This document shows, one piece after another, positions 1-10,548 of a stretch of DNA of 64,000 bases. How positions within the stretch are numbered: the stretch's first letter is position 1; every line of letters begins with the position of its first letter. Origin of the DNA: Patescibacteria group bacterium (lineage in GTDB: Bacteria > Patescibacteriota > Patescibacteriia > UBA2591 > CALHIP01); NCBI GenBank assembly GCA_026417895.1, contig JAOACJ010000009.1, forward strand, positions 2,128-66,127, in the 5' to 3' direction. Both the position numbers and the translations under genes were made by a program. The notes under the pieces were generated by a model that was given only the letters and a program-made list of their open reading frames with translations, had not been told where the DNA came from and ran no database searches.

Positions 1-755
1 GATTAAAATCTCACCTTGATTAGAGGCGGCAGCTAAAATTGCCATTGTTCCTGCTTCAATTCGATCGGGAATAATTTTGCATTCCCCACCCTTTAGTTCT
101 TTAACTCCTTTGATTTTAATAGTTGGGGTACCCGCTCCCTCAATTTTCGCTCCGGCTCTTTTTAGATATTCAGACAAAGCCACAATTTCTGGTTCCATGG
201 CACAATTTTTTAAGATGGTCGTGCCTTCGGCTAAGCAAGCGGTCATCATTAAACTTTCTGTGCCGGTTACGGTAATTTTAGGAAAGAAAATTTTTGTTCC
301 TTTTAATTTTTTTGCTTTTAGGCTATAATATTTTTCAGAAATTTTAACTTCTGCGCCCATCTTTTTAAAACCTTCTAAAAACATATCGATTGGCCGACTG
401 GCAGCGCCAATGACACAGCCACCAGGATGAGGAAAGCGAACCTTACCATAGGAAGCCAAGAGTGGACCAACAAACATAATCGAGGCACGGAATTTACTTA
501 CTAAATCAACCGGTAAATTCGTTGATGTTAGCCTCTTAAAACTAATTTCAAAAACTCCCCTTTTGAGTCTTTTTACTTCGCCACCAAGGGCTATTAACAA
601 TTCTTCAGCTCTCCGACAGTCTTCTATTTCTGGCACGTTGATCAGGCGGATTTTTCCTCGAGTAATTAAAGCAAGGGGGAAGATTTTTAAAGCAGCGTTT
701 TTTGCTCCAGAAACAGCAATTTCCCCTTCTAAAGGTCTATTGCCTTCAATAATAA
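1..755 (-). CDS. murA: UDP-N-acetylglucosamine 1-carboxyvinyltransferase MurA, 5' part; the gene runs off the window start
   Basis: Manual minus-strand translation from ATG (plus-strand 'cat' at 753-755) gives MAKFIIEGNRPLEGEIAVSGAKNAALKIFPLALITRGKIRLINVPEIEDC... It stays open to the window edge and reads as a MurA/EPSP-synthase-fold N-terminus. Not in the ORF track because no stop lies inside the window. It overlaps the weak plus-strand ORFs 77..328 and 563..787. Confidence 0.75.
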
Positions 756-791
756 ACTTAGCCATAGGAAAATATTATATCATTTAATAAA

Positions 792-2198
792 ATGAAAACA
801 AGAACGAGTAAAGTTTTGTTTTTAATCTTTTTCTTAATCTTTATTATTTTAACCCCGCTTGTTCTTCTTTATTCTCAGGGTTATCGTCTTGATTGGGCAA
901 AGAGAAAATTAGTCAAAACTGGTAACCTCTATCTTATTTCTCGGCCGGCTGGCGCCGCTGTCTTTTTAGATAAAAAACCATATCAAATAAGTTTTAGAGA
1001 AAGATTATTGTTTTATAAGAATTTATTAGGCCTGACAAAGCTACGCAGTCTAACACCAACACTTATTAACTATCTCTATCCAAAAGAGTATCTCGTGACT
1101 TTAAAAAAGGATGGCTACTCTCCTTGGCAAAAAAAAATAAAAATTGTTTCAGAAAAGACAGTAATTTTTAGAGAGATTTTACTTTTCCGAAACCAACCAG
1201 AAATTTACCTGGTCAAAAAATTATCATTGGCAAACTTTAAATTTTCTCCTAATCTAAGAAAAATTGCGACTCTTGATAGTTCAAAAAAAGAAATGTTAAT
1301 TTTTGATTTAGAAACGGCTCAAGAAAAAAAATTTAAATTAAAAGGAATGGTAAAAGATTTTTTTTGGTTGCCTGGTGAGGAAAAAATGATGGTTTGGCTT
1401 GAAAATTCAAACTATCCTTTATTTTTAAATTTATTAGATGGTTCTTTGATTAACTTAAGAGATTTTTTAGAACAAAAGATAGTGATTCAAGATATTAAAT
1501 TTTCTTCCGAAAGAACAATATCTTTTCATGATCAGTCATCTATTTATCAATTTGATTTAGCTAACAAAAGTTTAGATTTACTTTATCGTTTAGAAGAAAA
1601 AAATACTTCTCTGGTTGATTTCATTCTGGTGAATAATCTTTTATTTTATCTTAAAAAAAAGAGGAGTCATTTTTTTCTTGAAGGATTTGATTTAGAAACG
1701 AAAAGAACTTTTTATCATCTGGAAGTTCCGATTACTGAAAATTATAGATTGGTCAATGGGCAAAAATGGTTAAAAAATTTTGTTTTCCTTCAGGACAAAG
1801 AAAATCTTCTTGTTTTTGACTGGCGAGAAGAAAAGATTGAAAAATCGCTGATTTTAAAAATGAAAAGTAAAAACTTTGATTTAAAGGATAAAAAAATAGT
1901 CTCTCATGACGGTTACGAAATATCGTCTTTTGATTTTGAAACAAAAAAGAAGGAAACCATTGATCGAACCAGTGAAGAAATTTTAAAAGTTCTTTGGTTA
2001 AGTAGAGGAAATTATCTTTTTGTCTTGTTTCCAAAAAAAATAAAAATCATTGAGGTTGATTCAGGAGAGCCAAAGAATTATATTGAATATAATTTTGAAA
2101 AAGTCGTTGATCTAAAGCCGACAAAAAATTATAATTTCATTTATTTTATCGGCCAAATCAAGGAAGAAGAAGGTATTTTCAAAATTAAAATTCAATAA
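792..2198 (+). CDS. hypothetical membrane-anchored protein with a PEGA-like segment
   Basis: 468-aa ORF with an N-terminal TM helix (LFLIFFLIFIILTPLVLLY). The segment YLISRPAGAAVFLDKKPY resembles the PEGA motif. Lys-rich, no other recognisable domain. Confidence 0.5.
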   Translation: MKTRTSKVLFLIFFLIFIILTPLVLLYSQGYRLDWAKRKLVKTGNLYLISRPAGAAVFLDKKPYQISFRERLLFYKNLLGLTKLRSLTPTLINYLYPKEYLVTLKKDGYSPWQKKIKIVSEKTVIFREILLFRNQPEIYLVKKLSLANFKFSPNLRKIATLDSSKKEMLIFDLETAQEKKFKLKGMVKDFFWLPGEEKMMVWLENSNYPLFLNLLDGSLINLRDFLEQKIVIQDIKFSSERTISFHDQSSIYQFDLANKSLDLLYRLEEKNTSLVDFILVNNLLFYLKKKRSHFFLEGFDLETKRTFYHLEVPITENYRLVNGQKWLKNFVFLQDKENLLVFDWREEKIEKSLILKMKSKNFDLKDKKIVSHDGYEISSFDFETKKKETIDRTSEEILKVLWLSRGNYLFVLFPKKIKIIEVDSGEPKNYIEYNFEKVVDLKPTKNYNFIYFIGQIKEEEGIFKIKIQ

Positions 2199-2943
2199 TT
2201 TTACCTTCTTTTTTGGCCACCAAAATTGTCGCCCTAAATAGAGAGTCAAAGGTGCCAGCGTCAGTCCAAAAACCTTTCAAAATTTCATGGGTTAATGTTC
2301 CTTGCCGAAGATAAAAATTATTGACATCAGTAATTTCTAACTCGCCTCGTTCTGATGGTTTTAAGGTCTTAATTATCCTAAAAACTTGTTGATCATACAT
2401 ATAAAGACCAGTCACTGCATAATTTGATTTCGGTTTTTTTGGTTTTTCTTCGATACTAATGACTTTATTACCTTTTATTTCTGCTACCCCGAAGCGTTCC
2501 GGATCGGGTACTTTTTTTAAAAAAATTTTTGCTCCACCAACTTTTCTGCCTTGAATTTTAAACTCCTGTTTCTGATATTTTTTAACAAAACTTGAAATAT
2601 CGTCTTCAATAATGTTGTCGCCTAAAATAACGACAATTTTTTGATTGTCAGCAAAATCTTCAGCCAAACTCAAAGCGGCAGCAATACCACCCGAGCCTTC
2701 TTGATAAGCAAAATGGATTTCTTTTAAACCAAATTCTTTGCCGTTTTTTAAAAGTTTTAAAAAATCACCTGGCGATTCGCCGCCAGTAACAATCATAATT
2801 TCCGTAATACCAGCCTTAACTAAAGTCTCCAATGGATAATAAATCATTGGTTTTTTATAAACCGGCAAAAGATGTTTGTTAGTAACCCGGGTTAAAGGCG
2901 CTAATCGCGTACCTAACCCGCCAGCAAGAATAACTCCTTTCAT
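2185..2943 (-). CDS. rmlA: glucose-1-phosphate thymidylyltransferase / NDP-sugar pyrophosphorylase, short form
   Basis: Nucleotidyltransferase signature MKGVILAGGLGTRLAPLT...NKHLLPV. 252 aa, next to rmlD. Confidence 0.7.
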   Translation of the reverse strand: MKGVILAGGLGTRLAPLTRVTNKHLLPVYKKPMIYYPLETLVKAGITEIMIVTGGESPGDFLKLLKNGKEFGLKEIHFAYQEGSGGIAAALSLAEDFADNQKIVVILGDNIIEDDISSFVKKYQKQEFKIQGRKVGGAKIFLKKVPDPERFGVAEIKGNKVISIEEKPKKPKSNYAVTGLYMYDQQVFRIIKTLKPSERGELEITDVNNFYLRQGTLTHEILKGFWTDAGTFDSLFRATILVAKKEGKIIEF

Positions 2944-2980
2944 ATTTTCCTAAAGTCTTATTTGAAATTTATTACCGAGA

Positions 2981-3850
2981 TTAACAATTTTTTAGATAAT
3001 CCCTAAGTGCTAATTTCCAATTTCTTAATCTTTTAAACTTTGTATTAAGCAGTATACTATATCTGGGTCTTTTGGCAAGAGTTTTATATTCTAAAGTCTG
3101 ACAAGGTAAAATTTTTATTTTAAGTTTTTTTATTTTAATAATTTCTTTAGCCAATTTATACCAAGTAGTGATTCCTTCATTAGTTAAATGGTAAATACCG
3201 GCTGGTCTTTGGCTCGACAATAATTCCTTAGTTGCTTGGGCCAAATCAAAAGTATAGGTTGGCTTACCAAACTGATCATTGATGACCTTCAATTCTTTTT
3301 TTTCTTTAGCCAATTTTAAAATAGTCTGAACAAAATTTTTGTGTTTTTTTGGCTCAACATACGATCCAAAAAGCCAGAAAGTTCTGAGAAGATAAAATTT
3401 AAAGTTTGGATTTTGAAATTTGAGATTTAAAATTGCTTGCTCGCCGAATAATTTTGACAGACCGTATTTATTCACTGGATTCTTTGGTCTATCATTTTCT
3501 CGATATCCTTTTTTCTTTTTCCCATCAAAAACATAATCCGTTGAATAATGAATAAAAAGGGCACCAATCTCGGCACAAATTTTAGCTAAAGACTTCACTG
3601 CCGTGGCATTAATTTTTTTTGCTTTGACAAACTCTTTTTCTGCTTTTTCCACATTAGTATAAGCAGTTGCGTTAATAACAATTTTTGGTTTCAATCTCTT
3701 AATTTTTTTCTCAACTTCTTTTTGATCGGTAATATCTAAATTTTTGCGATGCCAACAAATTGGCTTGTCTTTTTTAAAAACAAAAGAAAGGTCAGAGCCT
3801 AACATACCTTTGGCGCCAAGAATTAAAATTTTATTCTTATCTTTCCACAT
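2981..3850 (-). CDS. rmlD: dTDP-4-dehydrorhamnose reductase
   Basis: 289 aa with an N-terminal Rossmann GxxGxxG (ILILGAKGMLGSDL) and RmlD-like YSTDYVFDG and YGLSK motifs. Confidence 0.8.
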   Translation of the reverse strand: MWKDKNKILILGAKGMLGSDLSFVFKKDKPICWHRKNLDITDQKEVEKKIKRLKPKIVINATAYTNVEKAEKEFVKAKKINATAVKSLAKICAEIGALFIHYSTDYVFDGKKKKGYRENDRPKNPVNKYGLSKLFGEQAILNLKFQNPNFKFYLLRTFWLFGSYVEPKKHKNFVQTILKLAKEKKELKVINDQFGKPTYTFDLAQATKELLSSQRPAGIYHLTNEGITTWYKLAKEIIKIKKLKIKILPCQTLEYKTLAKRPRYSILLNTKFKRLRNWKLALRDYLKNC

Positions 3851-4040
3851 TTTTTTAAATTAATCATCTCAAATTCTTAAAAATCTGAGCAAGATGTTCG
3901 GCGACCAGGCTTTTGTTTTATTTCACCTTAGACAGCTTGGTAAATCCTTGGGTTGAATAATTTTATCAGAAAATGACCTCTTTGACAAAAATAAAAACTA
4001 CCCAAATATGGGGAGTTTTATCAATTTATTTAAATTTAAA

Positions 4041-4655
4041 TCATTTTATTTTCTCTTTTATTTTCATTAAAGAAATGATGGCGCTTCTTTCTTGTTCGTC
4101 AAGTTTTCGAGTAATATATTTAATTGTTTCGACAATTGAGGGTAGATAAACATATTCTAAAGCATTAACCCGGCGACGAGTTTTTTCAATTTCTAAAGAA
4201 AGTAAATGAGCCGAATTTTCCAATTCGGCTAATTTTAAAATATCATTTAGTAATGCAGAAAAAATTTTCAAAAAATTATCAAGTTCAATACTAGAAAAAA
4301 CTAAAGAATAACAAAAACAATCGCCTTCCTCTTGAAACTGAAAATCAGGAATGGTCACATTCATAATATTTTTAGTCGTTAAGGTTAATTTTATTTTCTT
4401 TGATGAAGTAGCAAATGCCTCTTCTAAAACCTCCGGCCTTGTTTCAACGGAAGCAAAAACAAAACTTTTTAAAGCGAGCTGAATTTCTTTTTCTATTTTT
4501 TCTGTTAACAACCGCGTCTCTTTAATGATTTTTAAAAATTCTCTCATCAGAGAGTCTCTTTTTTCTTTTAAAAGTTTATAACCATAAGAAGCGAGCTCTT
4601 TTCTTTTTTTGAGCCTTAGAAGCTCCATGCGGGTTGGGTTGATGGTGAGTCTCAT
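4041..4655 (-). CDS. atpD: V/A-type ATP synthase subunit D
   Basis: MRLTINPTRMELLRLKKRKELASYGYKLLKEKRDSLMREF is a typical V-type D N-terminus. It is the last gene of the V-ATPase operon. Confidence 0.85.
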   Translation of the reverse strand: MRLTINPTRMELLRLKKRKELASYGYKLLKEKRDSLMREFLKIIKETRLLTEKIEKEIQLALKSFVFASVETRPEVLEEAFATSSKKIKLTLTTKNIMNVTIPDFQFQEEGDCFCYSLVFSSIELDNFLKIFSALLNDILKLAELENSAHLLSLEIEKTRRRVNALEYVYLPSIVETIKYITRKLDEQERSAIISLMKIKEKIK

Positions 4656-4757
4656 AATTTAGATTAAGCAATAAATTTCAATGTATATCACGAAATATAT
4701 TTCTATAAGTTTCAGAAACTAATAAAAATTCATAGAAACTTCTAGATACTCATTGAA

Positions 4758-6134
4758 TTAGCTGATGCGAGATAAATATTTATTGATATAAACATCTTTG
4801 ATTCTTTTCAATTCCTGTCTCGGTAAGATGGCTAAAAGTTGCCAAGCCAAATCTAATGTCTCAAAAATCGTTCGATCTTCGTATAAACCTTGCCTGATAA
4901 ACCGATTTTCAAATTCTTGAGCAAATTTTAAGTATTTTTGGTCTAATTCTGTCAAAGCTGCTTCACCTAAAATAGTTGCCAATTCTCTGGCTTGTTTTCC
5001 CTGGGCATAGGCAGAAAAAAGTTGATTAGAAATGCCTGGATGATCTTCTCTTGTTTTTCCTTCACCAATACCCTTGTCTTTCAATCTTGAAAGTGAGGGT
5101 AAAACATCAACTGGTGGATAAATACCCTTCCGATGAAGTTCGCGAGAAAGAATAATCTGACCTTCGGTAATATAACCAGTTAAGTCAGGAATAGGATGGG
5201 TCTTATCATCTTCTGGCATTGAGAGAATGGGAATCTGGGTGATAGAGCCCTTTTTATTTTTTAAACGACCAGCTCTTTCGTAAAGAGTAGCTAAATCCGA
5301 ATACATATAACCGGGGTAACCGCGTCTGGCTGGGACCTCTTTTCTGGCGGCAGAGATTTCTCGCAATGCTTCACAATAGTGAGTCATATCAATCAAAATA
5401 ACCAAAACATGCATCTCCTTTTCAAAAGCAAAATATTCAGCCGTGGTTAAAGCAATTCTCGGCAAAGTAATTCTTTCAATAACTGGGTCATCAGCCAAGT
5501 TGACAAATAAAACAGCCCTTTCTATCGCCCCGGTTTCTTTGAAATCTTTAATAAAATATTCAGCCTCTTCAAAAGTAATACCCATAGCACCAAAAACAAC
5601 AGCAAATTTCTCTCCGCCTTTAATCAGTTTAGCTTGACGAGCAATTTGTGCTGCAATTTCTAGGTGAGGTAAACCAGCTCCAGAAAAAATCGGCAATTTT
5701 TGACCACGAACCAAAGGATTCATAGCATCAATTGAAGAAATACCGGTTTGAATGAATTCATTAGGATAATCTCTTGCCTCAGGATTAATCGGTGCACCAT
5801 TAATGTCTAACCTCGCTTCAGGAATAATTTTTGGACCACCGTCAATTGGTAAACCGGAACCAGAAAAAATTCGACCCAACATTTCTTCCGCCACATCAAT
5901 TTCCATGGTTTTACCTAAAAATTTTGCTTTTGAGCCTTCGAGAGAAATACCTCTTGTTTCTTCAAACATCTGAATAATGGCTTTGTCTTCATCAACTTCC
6001 AAAACGCGACCGCGTCGAATTTCGCCGTTAGGCAATTCAACCTCAACCAGCTCCTGATAAGTAACTCTTTCTACTCCTTGGACAATTAAAAGTGGTCCGG
6101 CAATTTCTTTGATTGTTTTGTATGACCTAAGCAT
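4758..6134 (-). CDS. atpB: V/A-type ATP synthase subunit B
   Basis: 458 aa, non-catalytic B-subunit motifs (GPLLIVQGV..., PIDGGP). Sits next to the A subunit. Confidence 0.9.
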   Translation of the reverse strand: MLRSYKTIKEIAGPLLIVQGVERVTYQELVEVELPNGEIRRGRVLEVDEDKAIIQMFEETRGISLEGSKAKFLGKTMEIDVAEEMLGRIFSGSGLPIDGGPKIIPEARLDINGAPINPEARDYPNEFIQTGISSIDAMNPLVRGQKLPIFSGAGLPHLEIAAQIARQAKLIKGGEKFAVVFGAMGITFEEAEYFIKDFKETGAIERAVLFVNLADDPVIERITLPRIALTTAEYFAFEKEMHVLVILIDMTHYCEALREISAARKEVPARRGYPGYMYSDLATLYERAGRLKNKKGSITQIPILSMPEDDKTHPIPDLTGYITEGQIILSRELHRKGIYPPVDVLPSLSRLKDKGIGEGKTREDHPGISNQLFSAYAQGKQARELATILGEAALTELDQKYLKFAQEFENRFIRQGLYEDRTIFETLDLAWQLLAILPRQELKRIKDVYINKYLSRIS

Positions 6135-6205
6135 AGAGATAATTTAAATTTAAGAATGGGTATAGATAAATATTTGCTCAAATTTTCTTGCCTCAGTCTT
6201 CTTAA

Positions 6206-7939
6206 TTATAAATTTTCTATTTCATCAATTAAATCTTCGATTTTCTCAAGTTCTTTTTCTGAGATAAATTTTATTTTCGCTATTTTCTCGCGCAGAGGAG
6301 AAGAAGAAATTTCTAAAAATGGCTTTCCTTCAATTAATCTTTTATTGGCTACTTCATGAAAGGTAATAATTGTTTTCAGCATCAGATACTGTTTCTTTAA
6401 AGAAGTATAAGTATCAATCTCGTCAAAAGCATTTTGTTGAAGAAAATCCTCGCGAATTGATTTAGCGGTTAAAAGTGTTAACTGGTCTTTTTCAGATAAT
6501 GATTCAACACCAACCAATCTAACAATTTCTTGAAGCTTCGCTTCTTCTTGTAAAATATCCATCGCCTTTGTCCTTAAAAGAGGAAAATCAGAAGCAATTT
6601 CTTTTTTCAAAAAATCATCAAGATCTTGGGTATAGAGAGAGTAGCTGGTTAACCAATTAAGAGCTGGAAAATGTCTTTGACTAGCTAAATTATCATCAAG
6701 GGCCCAGAAAACTTTGGTGACGCGCAAGGTATTCTGGGTGACTGGTTCAGAAAAATCCCCACCAGGTGGCGAAACGGCGCCAATGATGGCTAAGGAACCA
6801 ATTCTTTCTTCCTTGCCTAAACAGATAACTTCACCGGCCCTTTCATAAAAACCAGCTGTTCTGGAACCTAAATAAGCGGGATAGCCTTCTTCACCCGGCA
6901 TTTCTTCTAAACGACCAGAAACTTCTCTTAAGGCCTCAGCCCAACGAGAAGTTGAATCAGCCATTAAAGCCACTTTATAACCCATATCGCGAAAATATTC
7001 AGCGATGGTAATACCGGTATAAATTGAAGCTTCGCGAGCTGCCACTGGCATATTTGAAGTATTGGCAATTAAAACGGTTCTTTTCATTAAAGGCTCACCC
7101 GATCTTGGATCAAGAAGATGAGGAAATTCTAACAAGACATCAGCCATTTCATTACCTCTTTCACCACAGCCAATAAAAATAATAATTTCGGCATCAGCCC
7201 ATTTGGCTAATTGATGTTGAACAACGGTTTTACCGCTGCCAAATGGTCCAGGCACACAGGCCGTTCCCCCTTTCGCCACCGGGAAAAAAGTGTCAATCAC
7301 TCGCTGGCCGGTCACCAATGGCTCCTTTGGCATTATTCTTGCTTTAACTGGTCTAGCTTGACGAATTGGCCATTCTTGCTTCATTGTTATTTCTCTTATT
7401 CCTTTTTTTGTCTCAATTAAAGCAATAACCTCTTCGACGGTAAATTTTCCTTTTTTAATTTCTTTGATTTTTCCTTTAATGTTTGGTGGAACCATAATCC
7501 GATGTTCAACTAAACTTGTCTCCTGAACGCTACCTAAAATATCTCCGGCCTCAACCTCTTCTCCCTTTTTAACTTTTGGTTGAAAATCCCATTTTTTATT
7601 TCTCTCAAGAGCTGGTAATTCAATGCCTCGACTAATATAGTCACCAAATTCTTCTCGCATTAAATTTAACGGTCTTTGAATACCGTCATAGATTGAGCTA
7701 ATTAAGCCAGGACCGAGTTCGACAGTTAAAGGCTTGCCCTCAAGATAAATTGGTTCACCTGGCCCTAAGCCAGCGGTTTCTTCGTAAACCTGAATTGCCG
7801 CTTCGTCACCTTCGATTTTAATAATTTCGCCAATTAATTTTTTCTCAGAAACTTTGGCTAAATCATACATTTTCACACCAGTCATCTTTTTACCAATGAC
7901 TAATGGACCAGAAATTTTTTTGATAAAACCTTCTTGCAT
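6206..7939 (-). CDS. atpA: V/A-type ATP synthase catalytic subunit A
   Basis: 577 aa with Walker [18 protein letters not shown] and conserved A-subunit regions. Confidence 0.92.
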   Translation of the reverse strand: MQEGFIKKISGPLVIGKKMTGVKMYDLAKVSEKKLIGEIIKIEGDEAAIQVYEETAGLGPGEPIYLEGKPLTVELGPGLISSIYDGIQRPLNLMREEFGDYISRGIELPALERNKKWDFQPKVKKGEEVEAGDILGSVQETSLVEHRIMVPPNIKGKIKEIKKGKFTVEEVIALIETKKGIREITMKQEWPIRQARPVKARIMPKEPLVTGQRVIDTFFPVAKGGTACVPGPFGSGKTVVQHQLAKWADAEIIIFIGCGERGNEMADVLLEFPHLLDPRSGEPLMKRTVLIANTSNMPVAAREASIYTGITIAEYFRDMGYKVALMADSTSRWAEALREVSGRLEEMPGEEGYPAYLGSRTAGFYERAGEVICLGKEERIGSLAIIGAVSPPGGDFSEPVTQNTLRVTKVFWALDDNLASQRHFPALNWLTSYSLYTQDLDDFLKKEIASDFPLLRTKAMDILQEEAKLQEIVRLVGVESLSEKDQLTLLTAKSIREDFLQQNAFDEIDTYTSLKKQYLMLKTIITFHEVANKRLIEGKPFLEISSSPLREKIAKIKFISEKELEKIEDLIDEIENL

Positions 7940-7951
7940 ATTTTTATTATT

Positions 7952-8278
7952 TTATTTTTTATTTTGAAAAAGTATATCACTGCCAACGGCTTTTTCGACA
8001 ATTTTCTTTAACTCTCTTAAACCATATCCGGTGCTACCTAAATGGGTTGGTAAAGAAACGACGGCCGGAATAGTTGATGTTTTTAAAGGCAACAGTTCTT
8101 CTTCCAATTTTTCTTCCCAATCCTCAGTGATAAAAACAATGGCAAAATTATCTTGACTAATTTTTTTGATTGCTTCTTTTCCTTCTTCCAAATTAGTAAT
8201 GGGAAAAATTTCTAAATTAAAAGCTTTGAAACCAAAAATGACATCTTTATGACCAATAATACCAATTTTATATTCCAT
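7952..8278 (-). CDS. atpF: V/A-type ATP synthase subunit F
   Basis: 108 aa, MEYKIGIIGHKDVIFGFKAFNLEIFP matches V-type F. Lies between C and A. Confidence 0.8.
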   Translation of the reverse strand: MEYKIGIIGHKDVIFGFKAFNLEIFPITNLEEGKEAIKKISQDNFAIVFITEDWEEKLEEELLPLKTSTIPAVVSLPTHLGSTGYGLRELKKIVEKAVGSDILFQNKK

Positions 8279-8298
8279 ATTTCTATATTTATTTCTAA

Positions 8299-9288
8299 TT
8301 AATATATTTCTACCCTTTCTTTTAATAAATCCGCTTCGACTTTATTTAATTTACCGCTCATAATTAATCTAACATTTTTGTTGGCATTCTTTTTAGCATA
8401 AAAATAGGCAACCACTACTTCTGGACCATAGGCAATGTATTTTGCTTTTCTTAAATATTCAATCTCTGCTTCAAAAAATCTTTTTTCTAATAACCAGGGT
8501 TTTTTTTCTCTTAAATATTCTAAAAAATACTTGGCTAAAGAAGGGGGGACAATTTTACTAAAATATTCAAGGGCAATTTCTAAATCTTGGTGATAAAAAT
8601 TGATAAAGTCGTCAGTTTTAATTCGGCCGGAGCTAATTAAAGCTTCTTTTAAAAATTCAATCTCCTTTCCTAAATTTTTTAATCGTAAAAAAATTCTCAG
8701 ATTTGTTAAATCAATTTTTAAATTAACAAAGTCAATTAAAAACTGATTTTTAAGTCTTTTGGCTATTTTTTTTAAAAGAGAAAAGTATTCTCGATCAAAG
8801 AAAAATTCTATTTGATAGGGTAATGGCTGTTGATGAAAGAATTGATTAGCTTGAGTAATAAAAGTTTGAATTTCTTCATCAATTTTTATTTTTTCTTCTT
8901 GAAGAATGATTTTTTTTAAAATTGTTGGTTCAAAAAAACCAAAAGGAAGAAGTAAGTAATCTAAATCTTTGTTAAATAATTTTTCTTTGAAAATCACTTT
9001 TAAATTATGGAAGTCGTATTCTAAAAGGAGAAATTTTATCAAGTCTTTGTCAGGAACAATTTGCCATAATAATTTTTTATTCTCCAGTAAATCATCTGAG
9101 ATGACTTGTTCAAATTCTTCCGGCTTTTTTTCAAAAAGATGTTCGGCGTAGTCGGTGTCATAAAAAACCTTGAAGGCTGTTGCTAGATCTGGTGCCCCCA
9201 ACATTCTTTCCAAATCTACTCGATCAAGTAATTTTGTTTCCAGGTATCTAATTTTACCGGTAGCAAAAGTATAATTTGAAATGTTCAT
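8299..9288 (-). CDS. atpC: V/A-type ATP synthase subunit C (d-type)
   Basis: 329 aa, in the C slot between E and F. Length and helical composition fit. Confidence 0.75.
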   Translation of the reverse strand: MNISNYTFATGKIRYLETKLLDRVDLERMLGAPDLATAFKVFYDTDYAEHLFEKKPEEFEQVISDDLLENKKLLWQIVPDKDLIKFLLLEYDFHNLKVIFKEKLFNKDLDYLLLPFGFFEPTILKKIILQEEKIKIDEEIQTFITQANQFFHQQPLPYQIEFFFDREYFSLLKKIAKRLKNQFLIDFVNLKIDLTNLRIFLRLKNLGKEIEFLKEALISSGRIKTDDFINFYHQDLEIALEYFSKIVPPSLAKYFLEYLREKKPWLLEKRFFEAEIEYLRKAKYIAYGPEVVVAYFYAKKNANKNVRLIMSGKLNKVEADLLKERVEIY

Positions 9289-9396
9289 ATAGTTAATTGA
9301 GCAGACAATAAGTTTCTATTTATTTCTATTTATTTCTACAAATTACAGAAATTGATAGAAATATGCTTTGGTGAAATTTATAGAAATTTGTTGTAG

Positions 9397-9981
9397 TTAT
9401 CCAAATAGAATTTTGCTGACTTCTATCTCTGTTTTTTCTCTAATAATTTTGATTAAATTTTCAAAACTATTATCAATCTCTAAGTTTTCAGAAGAGAAGA
9501 TAAAGCCACCCTTTATCGCTAATGATTTTTTAGCAAGATGAAATTTCTTTTTACTTTCGGCAATAGCTTTTTCGGTAACCCTCTCTCTATTTTGAGCCGG
9601 TATAATCTCGCCTCTCTCTGGACATCTTTTCAGTAAATTCAAAATTAACTTCTGATAGTCAGAGTCGCTAAGATTTGATAATTCGTCTAAAACCTCTTGA
9701 TAAATGTTATCTAAAATTTCTTGCTTCTTTTGTAAAAGTAAATTTTTTGTCTCTAAATTAAGACGGATTTGGGTCTGTTGAATTCTCTTTTGCACCTCGG
9801 CTTCCGTTTCGGCCAAAATTTCGCTCTTTCTTTTCTCAATCTCGGCCCGATATTTTTCTTCAAGTTTTCTAACCTCTTCTCTGTTCCTTTCTTCAATTTC
9901 TTTGATTTTTTCTTCTGTTTCTTTTTTAATTTTTTTTAAGATGTCATCTAAAGCCATAGGAAATTTATGGAAATCATCCAA
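9397..9981 (-). CDS. atpE: V/A-type ATP synthase subunit E
   Basis: 194 aa with a charged coiled-coil N-terminus (KKIKKETEEKIKEIEE...). It is in the E position. The true start may be an internal Met because the ORF track also uses TTG/GTG starts. Confidence 0.8.
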   Translation of the reverse strand: MDDFHKFPMALDDILKKIKKETEEKIKEIEERNREEVRKLEEKYRAEIEKRKSEILAETEAEVQKRIQQTQIRLNLETKNLLLQKKQEILDNIYQEVLDELSNLSDSDYQKLILNLLKRCPERGEIIPAQNRERVTEKAIAESKKKFHLAKKSLAIKGGFIFSSENLEIDNSFENLIKIIREKTEIEVSKILFG

Positions 9982-10058
9982 ATAATTCGAGTATATCCAA
10001 ACGCTCCGAATAAAATTATTCGTCGCGTCGAAATAAATTTGTTAATCTCGGGATTATA

Positions 10059-10535
10059 TTAACTCACTTTAATACCGTTAAGCAATAAAATTGTTACTAG
10101 TAAGCCTAAAACGGCATAAGTCTCAACCATAGCCGCCATAATGACTGGCTTACCTGATTCGCCGGGTTTTTTGGCAACGACATGGACGCCAGCGGCAGCA
10201 ACCCTTCCCTGCATAATGGCAGAAATTAAACCAACCACTCCAACCGGCAAACAGGCAAAAAGAATCTGCCAACCAACCTCTAAAGAAATAGTTGGCATCT
10301 GTCCCCCTAAAAGTCCAACTTTTTGTAAAGACATAATGGCGCCCAAAAATCCGTAAATACCTTGAGTACCTGGCAAAGCCTGAAGTAAGAGAACCTTACC
10401 AAATTTTTCTGGGTCTTCTGAAACTAAACCAGCCGCTACTTCGCCAACAATTCTTACCCCTAAAGCTGATCCAATGCCAGCTAAAGCGGCGGCCAAAACT
10501 GCTCCTAAAATGGCTAAAGCTAATCCTAATTCCAT
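10059..10535 (-). CDS. atpK: V/A-type ATP synthase proteolipid subunit K (c-ring)
   Basis: 158 aa, four TM helices, Gly/Ala-rich (MELGLALAILGAVLAAALAGIGSALG), conserved Glu in MVETYAVLG. Confidence 0.88.
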   Translation of the reverse strand: MELGLALAILGAVLAAALAGIGSALGVRIVGEVAAGLVSEDPEKFGKVLLLQALPGTQGIYGFLGAIMSLQKVGLLGGQMPTISLEVGWQILFACLPVGVVGLISAIMQGRVAAAGVHVVAKKPGESGKPVIMAAMVETYAVLGLLVTILLLNGIKVS

Positions 10536-10548
10536 AAGTGTTAAATTA

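Noticed and set aside
77-787. Plus-strand ORFs 77..328 and 563..787
   Set aside because: Both are overlapped by the clear minus-strand murA reading frame, which translates to a recognisable MurA N-terminus.
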